Assembly (NCBI RefSeq): GCF_020745735.1
Contig: NC_083435.1
Span: forward strand, 33,479,231-33,543,230
DNA from: Hemiscyllium ocellatum
Taxonomy: Eukaryota
Direction of reading: 5' to 3'
DNA length: 64,000 nt
Shown here: positions 24,547-35,964 of the stretch, one piece after another
Numbering within the stretch: position 1 is the stretch's first letter
How the letters are laid out: each line of letters opens with the position of its first letter
Position numbers and translations under genes: made by a program
The notes under the pieces: generated by a model
Databases searched by the model: none
Seen by the model: only the letters and a program-made list of their open reading frames with translations
Told to the model about the DNA's origin: nothing

Positions 24547-24889
24547 GACCAACACAAACACCTTCCCCCTTAATACACACACGCACACACTCACAATTCA
24601 GTACAATCCAACGCTGGTGCTCCAGTAATCCTAACTCGGAGAATACTGCAATAAAGCTCAGCTATCAATGTAAACAGAACTGCCAGTGCATTTTCGTACA
24701 AGGCTGTCAGACGGTACAGCATAATCCATATGAAAATCATTTTCCTTTTCTATCCATTTTTTATCTTATCATCAAAAACTAATGCACTGCTGCATTAGTC
24801 CAAAATTTCGATTACAAATATCAGAGTTGAGGTAACCCCTGATATACAAACAGGCACAGATAAAATCACCTGATGTAGTTCATTTTAAA

Positions 24890-25930
24890 TGATTAGATTT
24901 GATTTATTATTTTCACATGTGCAGTGAAAAGCGTGTTTTTTTCGTGCAGTGCAGGCAGATCCTACAAAGTTCATGAATGTAATGGAATAGGGCAAAGAAT
25001 ACAAATATTAAGGCTGCAGATAACGTGCTGAAAGAGGGAGATCAACATGAAGTTCAGAATTTGTGAGGTACATTGAGACGACTAATTACAGCGGGGAAGG
25101 AACTGTTCCTGAATCGTTTGTTGTATATGTATAAGCTAATGCAGCTTATGCCCAGCACAAAGAGGGAGCAAAGGTTTGTAACCGGGGAGGGAGGGGTCTT
25201 TGATTCTTTGACTGCCTTTATGATGCACAAAGAAGTATAGATGGAGTCAATGGATAGAAGTTTGGCTTGAGTGATTGACTGGGCTGTTTTCAAAACTCCT
25301 GTCGTTTCTTATGGTCCTGGGCAGAGCACTTGCCATAGAATACTGTACATGCCTCCGGATTAAATGCTTTCCATGGTGCAGTGATAAAAAAAAATATGAG
25401 GAGTATTTATGGAAATGCGGAATTTCTTTCACGTCCCAAAGACGTAGAGGCATTGTGGGACTTCTTGGACATCTCCTCGATGTGGATGGACCATAACACA
25501 TTGTTCATAATCATGATTCCACAGACTGGAATGGGCCCTTCATCATGATTCCTGAAGTCAATGACCAGCGTTTTTTCGTTTTGCTCACGTTGAGAAAGAG
25601 TTTTATTGTAAAATCGTAATACCACGCCACTCATCACTCTATCACTTTCCTTCATACTGTCTCGTTATTATTTGAGATATGGACTTCAGGTCGTGGTCGC
25701 AGAGAATATGAAAATAGAATTCGGGCAGAATTTGACCACAAAATCCGGACTGCATAGGCAGTAACGTAAGGTGGTGAATATGCAGACTTGCAGAGAACCG
25801 CTGTTATGGGTTATTGTGGAGGAGATTTTTTTCTCACTGATTATGGTCTGAGGGCCCCACTGAATGCAGTCGAATGTGAGGATGGGGATTTTTATCCATC
25901 GCAATAACTTCTCAATGTTTGAATGGTGCA
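24890..25930 (-). mobile_element. Decayed Rex1/Babar-like LINE, RT C-terminus and 3' end
   Basis: Minus strand SITQAKLLSIDSIYTSLCIIKA; 'TLVIDFR'; a GPQ..LS-like region at about 25850; tail 'gattagatttgatttatt'. Confidence 0.6.
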
Positions 25931-27214
25931 ACCAATGGTTGTGTATTGGAAGACAATTGGGAGCTCAGAGGATTGTTACCAGAGGAGACTGCCAAGGTTT
26001 CTCCACAGACAGATATATGGAAAAAGGTTACGTGGCTATCGGTCCAGAGAGAGGGCTAGAAATTTTGTGACGGCAATTTGACCCCGAAATTGGAATTGGG
26101 AAAGTAGCCAAAAGTGCAGGCCTTCACGTTTATCTGAGGACTATAACAAAACTGCAAGATGGGATATGTTTAGATACACACAGGCAAACCTGATATAAAA
26201 ACACACACCATGAATTGGTTCTGATGTGTTAGATGCCTGGAACTAAGCTGCCAGAGTGGTCCTTCCCCAACGTTATGGATTACACTTGCATTTGATCGAT
26301 TGACAGAAAATACTGATTGACACAGAGAGATCAAGAAGCAGGCCACACAATTATTTGATAACAACTTACGGTGCAGATTGTCAAACTACCCCCAATGCAG
26401 GTAATTTGTTTAATGCACTCAACCACTTAACCAATGAAGTTGCGTAGACACCGGATATAATTAGTCTGGACAGTCAGCAAAGTAATGGAGAGTGGGCAGG
26501 CAGAGGGATCATCGGGGTAGAGAGATCTAAACGAGAATCAGGTAGACCAATACGTACTAATGGTGCTAGAAGAGCATATACAATATCATCCAGGAAAAGA
26601 TAGATCATCACAGAGCCAGACCAAGAGAACCCTGTGCAGAATCTGTGGATCAAACTTCGAACTTGCTAAGCAAGGACAGTTTCGATCTTGAGTCAACGAC
26701 TGACAGATCAAGTATTGTTTAAAAAAATGACATACACCGATATTCCAAATTTATAGTAACTGACCAAGATTTGTTTCAATGACGATTTTATAGGTAAAAA
26801 GCTATGGGGATGCTATTCAGGTTCGAAATCGCGACGTACAATCACATTTGGTTCATTGTCTGTAATGGGGAAAATGTCGGCAATACCTGAGAGGGAGTAT
26901 GGAATGCATATGATCTCTCTCTTCTCCGTGATTTTGAGGAAAGGGATGTCTTGTAGATATCACTTGATAAACTTCGCTAGACAAAAATAAATAGTTTTGT
27001 GCTGCAATTAATATATGAATTGAAAATATTTTGGGCAGTTGCTATCCAAATATCTGTTTAAAAAGAACTGTAGAGATCCGAAGACTGACATAACTGGTGT
27101 TGCCAAGAGGGAGAAGAGAGAATGCTGCATCACAAAATCTTGAAACAACACCCATGCGAGACTTTCATAGGTAACAACCAACGAGCAATCATTTGTATTA
27201 GGCCACACATATCA

Positions 27215-27345
27215 GCTCCAGTAGTACAATTGACCGTAGTGTTAGGCAAGGGGTAAATGTAGGGGTATGGATGGGTTGTGCTTCGGCGGGTCGGTGTGGA
27301 CTTGTTGGGCCGAAGGGCCTGTTTCCACACTGTAAATGATCTAAA
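27215..27345 (+). mobile_element. HE1-type SINE, 3' part
   Basis: 'ggtcggtgtggacttgttgggccgaagggcctgtttccacactgtaaatgatct'. Confidence 0.8.
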
Positions 27346-27639
27346 AATCAAACTCGCTCATATCCACCAGCGGTGTGAAACTTTACTATTATCAGTAGCA
27401 AACTCAGACAACCTTTACGGGATTATTCAAAGTCATATAACATGGGCATCAAACCACGTACCACGAAACTGTGACAAGGCTGTTCCTTTAACACGTTTAG
27501 GCGTTCCTTCTTTTTTTGCATAAGAGATTGCAAACAAAGCAGGTTCCTAAACTCTGAATTCGAACAGATTTTAGTGACAATGTGTTTACAGTTAAAAGAT
27601 ACTGCCTCAGACAGAAGACGTTCAAGATTTAAACTAATT

Positions 27640-28070
27640 GTATCATGAAAGAGAGTGGTCAGTTATCACACCTCAGCAAATACTCTGGTTTAGTTTTAAT
27701 GCAGCAATGTATGTGCAAAGAAGCACTGCTGGACCACGTATCTTCCCCTTTCTCTGACTTTTCTCCTGTAAGAACTTGTTTGATCTTTCCTTTTGTGCTA
27801 AGGGGTGTTAATGGGGATTGTTACATGTATTTTGCAACAGCATCATTATGTTAGGATAGTCTGTCTGGCTTTTGGGTAGGATAAGCTGTTTGGTATTAGG
27901 TTGTCTGTTCTTTATATTTCATTCAGTAATCTTAGAAATAAATTCTATTTTGTTAAAACAGTTTGATCAGCTGAATTTCTCCTAGAATATCCACTGTACA
28001 CTTGCTTAAATCGAATAACAAAGTTAGATTTTGTGATAACTTCTTCAAATATCTGGCCTGGTCCATAACA
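27640..28070 (+). mobile_element. Solo LTR-like repeat
   Basis: 'ggggtgttaatggggattgttac', 'aataaattctattttgttaaaac', ending 'ctggcctggtccataaca'. Confidence 0.55.
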
Positions 28071-28369
28071 AAACATAGGGCAGGCCGTGACACAATTGAC
28101 AAATGTGCTTAAAGTTTTTAACTACTGTAATTCAGCAGACAGAGAAATTCAAATGTAAAAGGGGAAATCAAACTGATTAATTGGTAGGATGACTTCTGGG
28201 AAAGGACCTTAAAAGCGCAGATACACCCATGTATCTGTTGCCTATCACACCTGCCTGCACGCTGCCTCCAGCTTTACTTCGTTATATCTAATCATCCTCA
28301 CAGTTCATTTCATCCGTTGGAAAAAGAAATATGGATTAAAATTCAAATAACTTTTTTTTTTAAAAAAAA

Positions 28370-30018
28370 CTTGGACTGTGTCTCAAAAGGATAATTTGAT
28401 GTTCAGAATACAGAGGAGGAAGTGCTGGATGTCTTGAAACGATTAAAGGTGGATAAATCCCAAGGACCTGATCAGGTGTATACGAGAACTCTGTGGGAAG
28501 CGAGAGAAGGGATTGCTGGGCCTCATGCTGAGATATTTGTATGATCGATAGTCACAGGTGAGGTGCCAAAAGACTGGAGGTTGGCAAACGTGGTGCCACT
28601 GTTTAAGAAGGGCGGTAAAGACAAGCCAGGGAACTACAGACCGGCGAGTCTGCCCTCGGTGGTGGGCAAGTTGTGGTAGGGATTCCTGAGGGACAGGATG
28701 TACATGTATTTGGAAAGTCAAGGACCGATTCGGGATAGTCAACATGGCTTTGTGCGTGGGAAATCAAGTCTCACAAACTTGATTGCGTTTGCTGAAGTAA
28801 CAAAGAAGAGTGATGAGGGAAAAGCAGTAGATATAATCTATATGGACTTCAGTATGGCGTTCTACAAGGTTCCCAATGGAAGACTGATTAGCAAGCTGAG
28901 GTCTCATGGAATACAGGGAAAACTAGCCATTTGGATACAGAACTGGCTTAAAGGTAGAAGACAGAGGGTGGTGTTGGAGTGTTGTTTTTCAGACAGGAGG
29001 CCTGTGACAAGTGGAGTGTCACAAGGACCGGTGCAGGGACCTTTACTTTTGTCATTTACATTAATGATTTCGTTGCGAGCAAAAGAGGTTCACTTAGTAA
29101 GTTTGCAGATGACACCAAAATTGGAGGTGCAGTGGACAGCGAAGAAGGTTACCTCAGATTACAACAGGATCTGGACCAGATGGGTCTTTTGGTTGAGAAG
29201 TGGCAGATGGAGTTTAATTCAGGTAAATACGAGGTGCTGCATTTTGGGAAAGCAAATATTAGCAGGACTTATACACTTAGTGGCAAGGTCCTAGGAAGTG
29301 TTGCTGAACAAAGAGACCTTGGAGTGCAGGTTCATACCTCCATGAGTCGCAGGCAGATAGGATAGTGAAGAAGGCGTTTGGTATGCTTTCCTTTATTTGT
29401 CAGAGTATTGAGTACAGGAGTTGGGAGGTAATGCTGCGGCAGTACAGGACAGTGGTTAGGCCACGGTTGGAATATTGCATGCAATTCTGGTCTCCTTCCT
29501 ACCGGAAAAACGTCGTGAAATTTGAAAGGGTTCAGAAAAAGATTTACAAGGATAATGCAAGTATCGGCTGATTTGACTACAGGGTGAGGCTGAAAAAGCT
29601 GGGGACTGTTTTCCCTGGAGCATCAGAGGCTGAGGGGTGACCTTATAGAGGTTTAAAAAATTATGAGGAGCATGGATAGGATGAATAGACGAAGTATTTT
29701 CCATGGACTCGGTGAGTCCAGAACGAGAAGGCATAGGTTTAGGGTGAGAGGGGAAATATATAAAAGAGACCTAACGGGCAACGTTTTCACACAGATGGTG
29801 ATACGTGTATGGAATGAGCTGCCAGAGGAAGTGGTGGAAGGCTGGTACAATTGCAACATTGAAGAGGCATTTGGATGGGTATATGAATTGGAAGGTTTTG
29901 GAGGGATATGGGCCGGGTTCTGGCAGGTGGGACTAGATTGGGTTGGGATATCTGGTTGGCATAGACGGGTTGGACCAATGGGTGTGTTTCCTTGCTGTAC
30001 ATCTCTATGACTCTATGA
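28370..30018 (+). mobile_element. 5'-truncated, frameshifted CR1 LINE (RT and 3' UTR)
   Basis: DSQHGFVRGKS, YMDFSMAFYKV, SKFADDTK, LEYCMQFWSP fragments; tail 'ctctatgactctatga'. Confidence 0.9.
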
Positions 30019-31509
30019 ATGTTTGCACAGTAGACGTTTCGTCGACCAAGTGCTATGAATAACTTAAGAGGCTTCAAACCTACGCAGTGCTTGTAACTAG
30101 TGGCTAATTATTAATTCATGTGGTAAGTTCAACTTATTGGTGTACTAAAGGAAGATACTTAGTATACAGTGTATTGTTGGCCGTGTACAATTGGGAACCT
30201 AGATTCTCAGGCACTTGGTCTATCCGTCTGAGTGTTCATTCATGCCTGATGAGATCAGAACTCGAGACTGCACTTCCATTTTCACTGCATACTTTAAGAT
30301 ATCATCAGGAGGCACAGTGGTCAAGCGATCGCAGGACAAAAATTCGAAAATGGCCCAAAGCAGAACATCAGGCCTGACTGGAAGTTTGACAAACTAAATT
30401 AAGCAGCAGCGGTTGACTACAAACAATAGTGGAAACCAAGATCAATGAGGTCACAAATTTTCAGGTTTGTTTTGATTTCATTTTCTGCTACTTTGACTTC
30501 TATCCAGTGCCCGACGACTTTCTCTTTACACGTATCCAACCGTGGTAATCCTGAATACTGCTGGCGGTGTAACATTAGATGATGATGGGATTGTAACACC
30601 TGAATATTTAGTGAAGTCTGGAGTGAGGTGATATAAAAGCTTAAAACTGGAAGTCACACCCTGAGTGAAGATGCACCAGTACCAGTACTTGTGCGAGAAG
30701 AGCATTTAGCAGTGCAAAAATACTCTGTAGATGATCTCCTCTGATCTACTAAAGCAGCGTTCACACAGGAGAGCCAGCCTTACAAATTAGTGGAAGGAGA
30801 TTTCAATCCCTGGCTCAAACACGTCGATTGCTGCCAAAAAAAAATTGTTTCTCAGAAGAATAGAGATACAAAGAGTTAAGTATTGTGGGAATTTGGGAAA
30901 TGCTCACATATCACTTTTACTAAGTAAAGGTTTGCTGATAAAACAATTGAATCGATTTCGGTAGCACTTTCTCCCACGTCATCAACTGTATATGCACTTT
31001 TAAGGTCCACTCCCAGAAGTCATCCTACCAATTATTCAGTTTGACTTCTCTGCTAACATTTCAATTTCTCTGTCTGCTGAATTACAGTGCTTGGAGAAGG
31101 TGGTTCTTCTTCCAGTTCCGGTTGAAGGATCCATTGCACGGACAACACATGCCAACATTGCTAAAAGCCTGCAACAAAGACAAAATTCGAAAATATTGTT
31201 CCGATTTCATGGAATTTTGGGGGGAAACGTGATGATAAGAGCCAAGACAAATATATGGAATTAAAGTTACCACGGCTAGCATCAGGATGTTCGAGGTTTA
31301 TGTTTGCATTTTGGAAAGAGGAGAACCAATCAATGGAATGTTTGTTTGCTAGAAATGATCTCGATTCCAAGAATGAAAATGTGGAATTACCGTGGATGGT
31401 GCTAATAAATAACAAAGAAAATGAATTACTGTGGGAATACCTCGTGGAAAAATCGCAAAGATAGGGACCGAAAGTAAATCACAAATAATATAGCTTTAAG
31501 ATAAAATTA

Positions 31510-32420
31510 TTGCAGTATCTATCATTCCCCTTGCCAAGCTGTTCCTGTACTGCTACAGCACGAGAATAATCCAACAATGTGATGAACTCGCCAGGGATGT
31601 GTTGTGCACAACCAGTCGGACAGCTCTCACCCCGACAATAGCAGCTAATCAGTCAACTCTCAATCACCAGCAAATCCATGGAAAGCGTCATCAGCAGTGC
31701 TATTATGCAACACTTGCTCACTGACGCATAGTTTGGGCTCGGCCATAGCTACTGAGCTTGTGGCATCATTATAGGCATTCAACGTTCATCGTTGAAAGAT
31801 GGATGGAAGATTTGGATTTCAGAGGTGAGGTTCGAGTGCCAACCGTCATTTGAGTGAATGTTGCATCAGATATCCATAGAGATAAGAAAATGGAATTAAT
31901 GTGAATACGATGCACACTTTTCAGTGATTGGAGTCATACCTGATACAGAAGAAGATGGTTGTGGTTGTTTCAGGTCAGACATTCTCAACTCTAGGATATC
32001 TATGCTGGAGTTCCTTGGGACACACTCCTGAGTGTTCTGTGATAATCCCCACTTTTCTGGAGAATTGCAGCTCCGACAACATTTAGGAAACTTGACGATA
32101 TCCAGAACAAAGCAACTGGTTTGATTGTACCACCTCTCAGAACATCCATTTGCGCCACAACCGACAATCAGGAGCAGAAAATATCCACCATCTACGAGAT
32201 GCACTGCAGAAATTCACGGAAGATCCTTAGACAGCTCCATCTGAACTCACAATCATTTCCATATTGAAGGGCAAGTCCGGCACATATATGGGAACACTAC
32301 CATATGCAAGTTCCTCTGATTCCTGACATGAGCAAAATTGTCGTTCTTTCACTGTCAATATGTCAAACTCCTAGGATTCCTTTGCTAACAGTATTGTGTG
32401 TCTACCGAGAGCACATGCAC
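31510..32420 (+). mobile_element. Fragments of a CR1/L2-group LINE (same family as 35965-37950)
   Basis: 'cttgccaagctgttcc...caaatccatggaaagcgtcatcagcagtgctattatgcaacacttgctc' parallels the ISKLMEVVMNSAFKQHLL region of the 36.9 kb copy. Confidence 0.6.
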
Positions 32421-32429
32421 TGCAGCGGA

Positions 32430-33545
32430 TCCAGAAATCGTCTCATTACCACCTTCTCAGAGAAACCTTGGGACAGGCAATACAGTCTTGGGAGGAGCGT
32501 ATCAGCAAAGTGAAGCAGAAACTGGGCATTTGGAAGCTACGGTCGCCTCCATCACAGGAAAATAACTGGTCATCAGGTGTGAGGCACTTTCATTACTGTT
32601 ATACATAGCAGAGGTCTGGCCTATTCCCAGAATCTGTTCTGCTGCAGTCTCCCAGGCCATCTTACACTTTATGTGGGGATCAAAGATGGACCAGGTCCGA
32701 AGGGACTCGATGTGTTAAAATCAGGAGAAAAGAAAACACACCCAATGCTATCCTCAGCCTGATGGCTACATTTTTGTATGGCTGTATCAAACTGTGCGTG
32801 GATTCTCAGTACGCAAACACTAAGTGTCACTACGTACTGCGGTTCGATCTGACCCCAGTGCTGCCAAGGATGGGCCTGGCCTTGCTGCCGCAGAACCCTC
32901 CGAGTAGTTGGACTGTTCCGTATCGCCTGTCCTTCGTGGAGAAGTTTATGAAGAAAAACACCTTTGACCACAATTCCATCAGCAAGTAGTCAGCACGTAG
33001 TGTCCTTGACACCCTTCGGGAAAAGCAGAGGGCGGATCCTATCGAGCGATTCCCTGAGCAGACTGTCAAAGTTGTTTGGCAGAGTGCCTCATCGCTAGAA
33101 CTTTCCAACAAGCACCAAGACATGGCTGGCTGGTGGTGAGAAGGGCTCTGCCTGTGAGATCCTTTATGCATACCCTGACTCTCTGTTGCAACGCATGCTG
33201 CCCTCGAAGCAGCTGCGGAGGGGACGAGACTGTCACACTCCTCCTTCTGGAATGTGCCTATGCAAAATAAGTCTGGAGAAGAATGCAGTGGTGTTTGTCG
33301 AGGTTCGGCCCGAGCAGCTCCATGACACTGGACTCTGTCCTCTACGGTCATGCACACTGACGAACATCAACTGTGCCAGGAGAATCATCAACTCGATGAA
33401 AGACGCTCTTTTGTCTGTCTGAAACCTGTTGATCTTTCACCTGAAGGATCTGACCCCTCCTGAGTGTTGCAGACTGGCACATTCCAAGGTCCAGGACTAC
33501 GTGTTGAGGGATGCGCTGAAGCTTGGGGCAGCTGCTGCCAAATGT
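32430..33545 (+). mobile_element. L1/Tx1-clade LINE, ORF2 C-terminal fragment
   Basis: WEERISKVKQKLGIWK, MATFLYGCIKLCVD..YANTKCHYVLRF, C-terminal CPRSSCGGDETVTLLLLECAY (CCHC-like), QDYVLRDALKLGAAAAK. Confidence 0.85.
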
Positions 33546-33680
33546 GCAGGTTAGGTGAATTGCCCATGGTAACTTACCCGTACTGTTAGGTGAAGTGGTA
33601 AATGTAGGTGAATGGGTCGAAGAGTGGTGTAGGCATGTTGGGCCGAAGGGCCTGCTTCCACACTGCATGTAATCTAAAAA
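33541..33680 (+). mobile_element. HE1-type SINE, 3' part
   Basis: 'atgtgcaggttaggtgaattgcccatgg...gggccgaagggcctgcttccacactg'. Confidence 0.75.
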
Positions 33681-33876
33681 ATCTGTAGTAAGTTGCTACA
33701 ATTCAGATGAAAAACTACCGAGTACAAGAAGATAATACGAACTGATCTCTCAGCTGATGAATGATGATCTTGCGGTTTTCTTGTGATTCCCAAGTTGGTG
33801 GATAATTTGCTTGGGATTGAGTGCACAACATCGTGGTGATGCTTGTCGTAAACTTGCTAAATGCTACATGCACAAA

Positions 33877-33950
33877 CGTCCCTGGGTGGGCTCGAATCAC
33901 CAATCACTCGCTTAACTGTAGGACGCGCGAACTGATTGCACTACATAGAC
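33877..33950 (-). pseudogene. tRNA-Asn(GTT)-derived pseudogene
   Basis: Minus strand GTCTATGTAGTGCAATCAGTTCGCGCGTCCTACAGTTAAGCGAGTGATTGGTGATTCGAGCCCACCCAGGGACG aligns end to end with vertebrate tRNA-Asn. GTT is retained but the stems carry mismatches. Confidence 0.85.
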
Positions 33951-34224
33951 TCAGGTAACCCAGCATGCTTACGGGACACGCATGGATATCTTGGAAATAG
34001 GTTTATGTGGGTTGCTTACTATCACTGCCGTCTTCGTAAAAGCCATTTATTGCATCATTTACTAAATATTTGCAAGATTTTGAAACCACCTGTTGAAATC
34101 AGCACTTTATGTCCTGGTGTGCAATATTGTAAATTCCCTCAGTAATACAGATTAGTTATTTTTTTTGGATCCGTTCGAAGTAAATGTTCCAGAATATCAA
34201 AGGAGAAAGAAAAATGAGCAACAA

Positions 34225-34380
34225 TAAAAATAAAGAACTGCTGGAAAAACTCAGTAGGTCTGAGATCACCTGTGACACGAGCAGTTCTGAATGGGGAACA
34301 GTGACCTATGAAACCTTAACTCTGCTTTCTCTCTACAGGCATTCCCAAACCTGCTGAGTTTACTCCAGCAAATTATATTT
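34225..34380. mobile_element. Palindromic Penelope-derived short element with decayed hammerhead motif in the loop
   Basis: Arms 'ctgctggaaaaactcagtaggt' (34238-34259) and 'acctgctgagtttactccagca' (34349-34370); central 'gttctgaatg...gaaaccttaac'. Confidence 0.6.
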
Positions 34381-35212
34381 TGATCAAAATGTAAGGTGCA
34401 CTTAAGCCTCCATCAAGAGTTACAGAGTTTGCATCTGTTTTTTTTCTTATTTTTCATTCTCTCTACTCCCAACCAGCAATATTCCCTTTGTCACCTCTCG
34501 CCTCAAGTTACTGATTCAAAGAGACTGCTGCAAGTTGTTTCAACAGATTTCAAATACAGTGTCAAGCTACTTCAGTTGTTGTGCAGGTTGAATTAGTGGA
34601 GGCTAATGCTAAACACACTGCTCCATTTGAAAGAAGATTATTCTCAAAAAATTTTCTCAGTGTTGGACATATCTTCGACAGACAGACAGACTCGCTACAT
34701 ATCCCTCTCCAGCTGTGTTCTGCATATGCGCACCGGCCAGAAGGTGCATATTTGCCAGGTATCGCTCCTTCCAGCGTCGTCTGCCTGTGCAAGAATATGG
34801 AGACTTTGGAACAGGAACAGATTCGTGAGTGTAATTTTTTAGAAATTTATATTCCTTTTTTCACCTCACATAAAGTGAATTGTGAACTGTGATATGGGCA
34901 TGGAAGTAAATGTGTGCAATGGACTCGACAATACAACGTTTAGATATACACCTATAGTTGTTAAGTGCACGACCACCATCCCCCACCTATCTCGCCACAA
35001 TCTCTCCTATAATCGACATCCACTGATCCAACATTTTCGCAGTTTACAATTTTTTGTCCGGGCTGTCAGCTGAAGCCAGAGACAAAAGTAATGAAAATTG
35101 AGGTAGCACGAGATCACCAACCAGACTTTTGGTAAACCTTTGGTTGCAATGGCAGTAATATATAGGAGTTGGAAGAGTTCTGTGAAAACTATTCGCACTA
35201 TAGAAAGCTTAC

Positions 35213-35284
35213 TTTCTTGGACAGGGATCGAATCCAGGTCACGGTGGCAACGGCGCTGAATCGTAACCACTAGACCACTAAGGA
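35213..35284 (-). pseudogene. tRNA-Glu-derived pseudogene
   Basis: Minus strand TCCTTAGTGGTCTAGTGGTTACGATTCAGCGCCGTTGCCACCGTGACCTGGATTCGATCCCTGTCCAAGAAA aligns with tRNA-Glu. The anticodon arm and acceptor stem are degraded. Confidence 0.8.
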
Positions 35285-35864
35285 GTCACGAGAGTTTAAG
35301 TTGCCTCAATGCCAATTAAGTGAAGTCAATGTAACAAAATGCATCGGATTTGTCATGTTTTGATTGTGTTATTTCCATGCGCTGGATATTATTTTTTTCA
35401 TGTCTTTGCTTGCTGCAAATCTATTTCGGTTACTCTGTGTTTGAAAGTTGAATTTGGATTCATTCGAAGTTCTTTTTTGAAAAAAAACATAATCGTCATC
35501 ACAATATTTCACTAATTTCCTTTGGTACAGGAAATTTGCCTCCATTATCTAACTTGAATCATGTGAATTCAGTCACACAGCACTGTGCTTGATTTTTTAA
35601 ATGTCCTCTGAATTCGCCTTTCAAGCTACGGAGGTGTTTCAACCCATTGTCACTAAGACCATTTAACGATGTACCATCGGTATTGAGCCAAATATAGCTC
35701 TTTATCCCAATTTAAACGTAATAACTTTGTCTCTGACTTCAGGCACTTTTTACAAAACAAAATCACTGATGAACCTGGGAGTAACTGGCTAAGCCACTAT
35801 TAATTGCTTGTTCTCAGTTTCCTTTCAGAAGGCGATTGTGAGCTGACTGAAATTTGATTAGTTT

Positions 35865-35960
35865 CGCTACAGTTGGAAACAGGCCCTTCGGCCCAACAAG
35901 TCCTCACCAACTCTCCGAACACAAACTCACCCAGAACCATTTTCCTCTGATTGTGATGCA
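35865..35960 (-). mobile_element. HE1-type SINE, 3' tail
   Basis: 'acagttggaaacaggcccttcggcccaacaagtcc'. Confidence 0.75.
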
Positions 35961-35964
35961 TGTT

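Noticed and set aside
26600-26670. PDQENPVQNLWIKLR, resembling the Tc1 DLNPIENLW motif
   Set aside because: Short, flanked by stops, no TIRs, and equally like a LINE endonuclease segment.
31087-31464. Partly open frame (ISWNFGG...WEYLVEK)
   Set aside because: Contains stops and cannot be assigned to a family without a search.
34581-34892. 103-aa ORF with an internal gtgagt donor-like site
   Set aside because: No domain signature and no partner exons identified.
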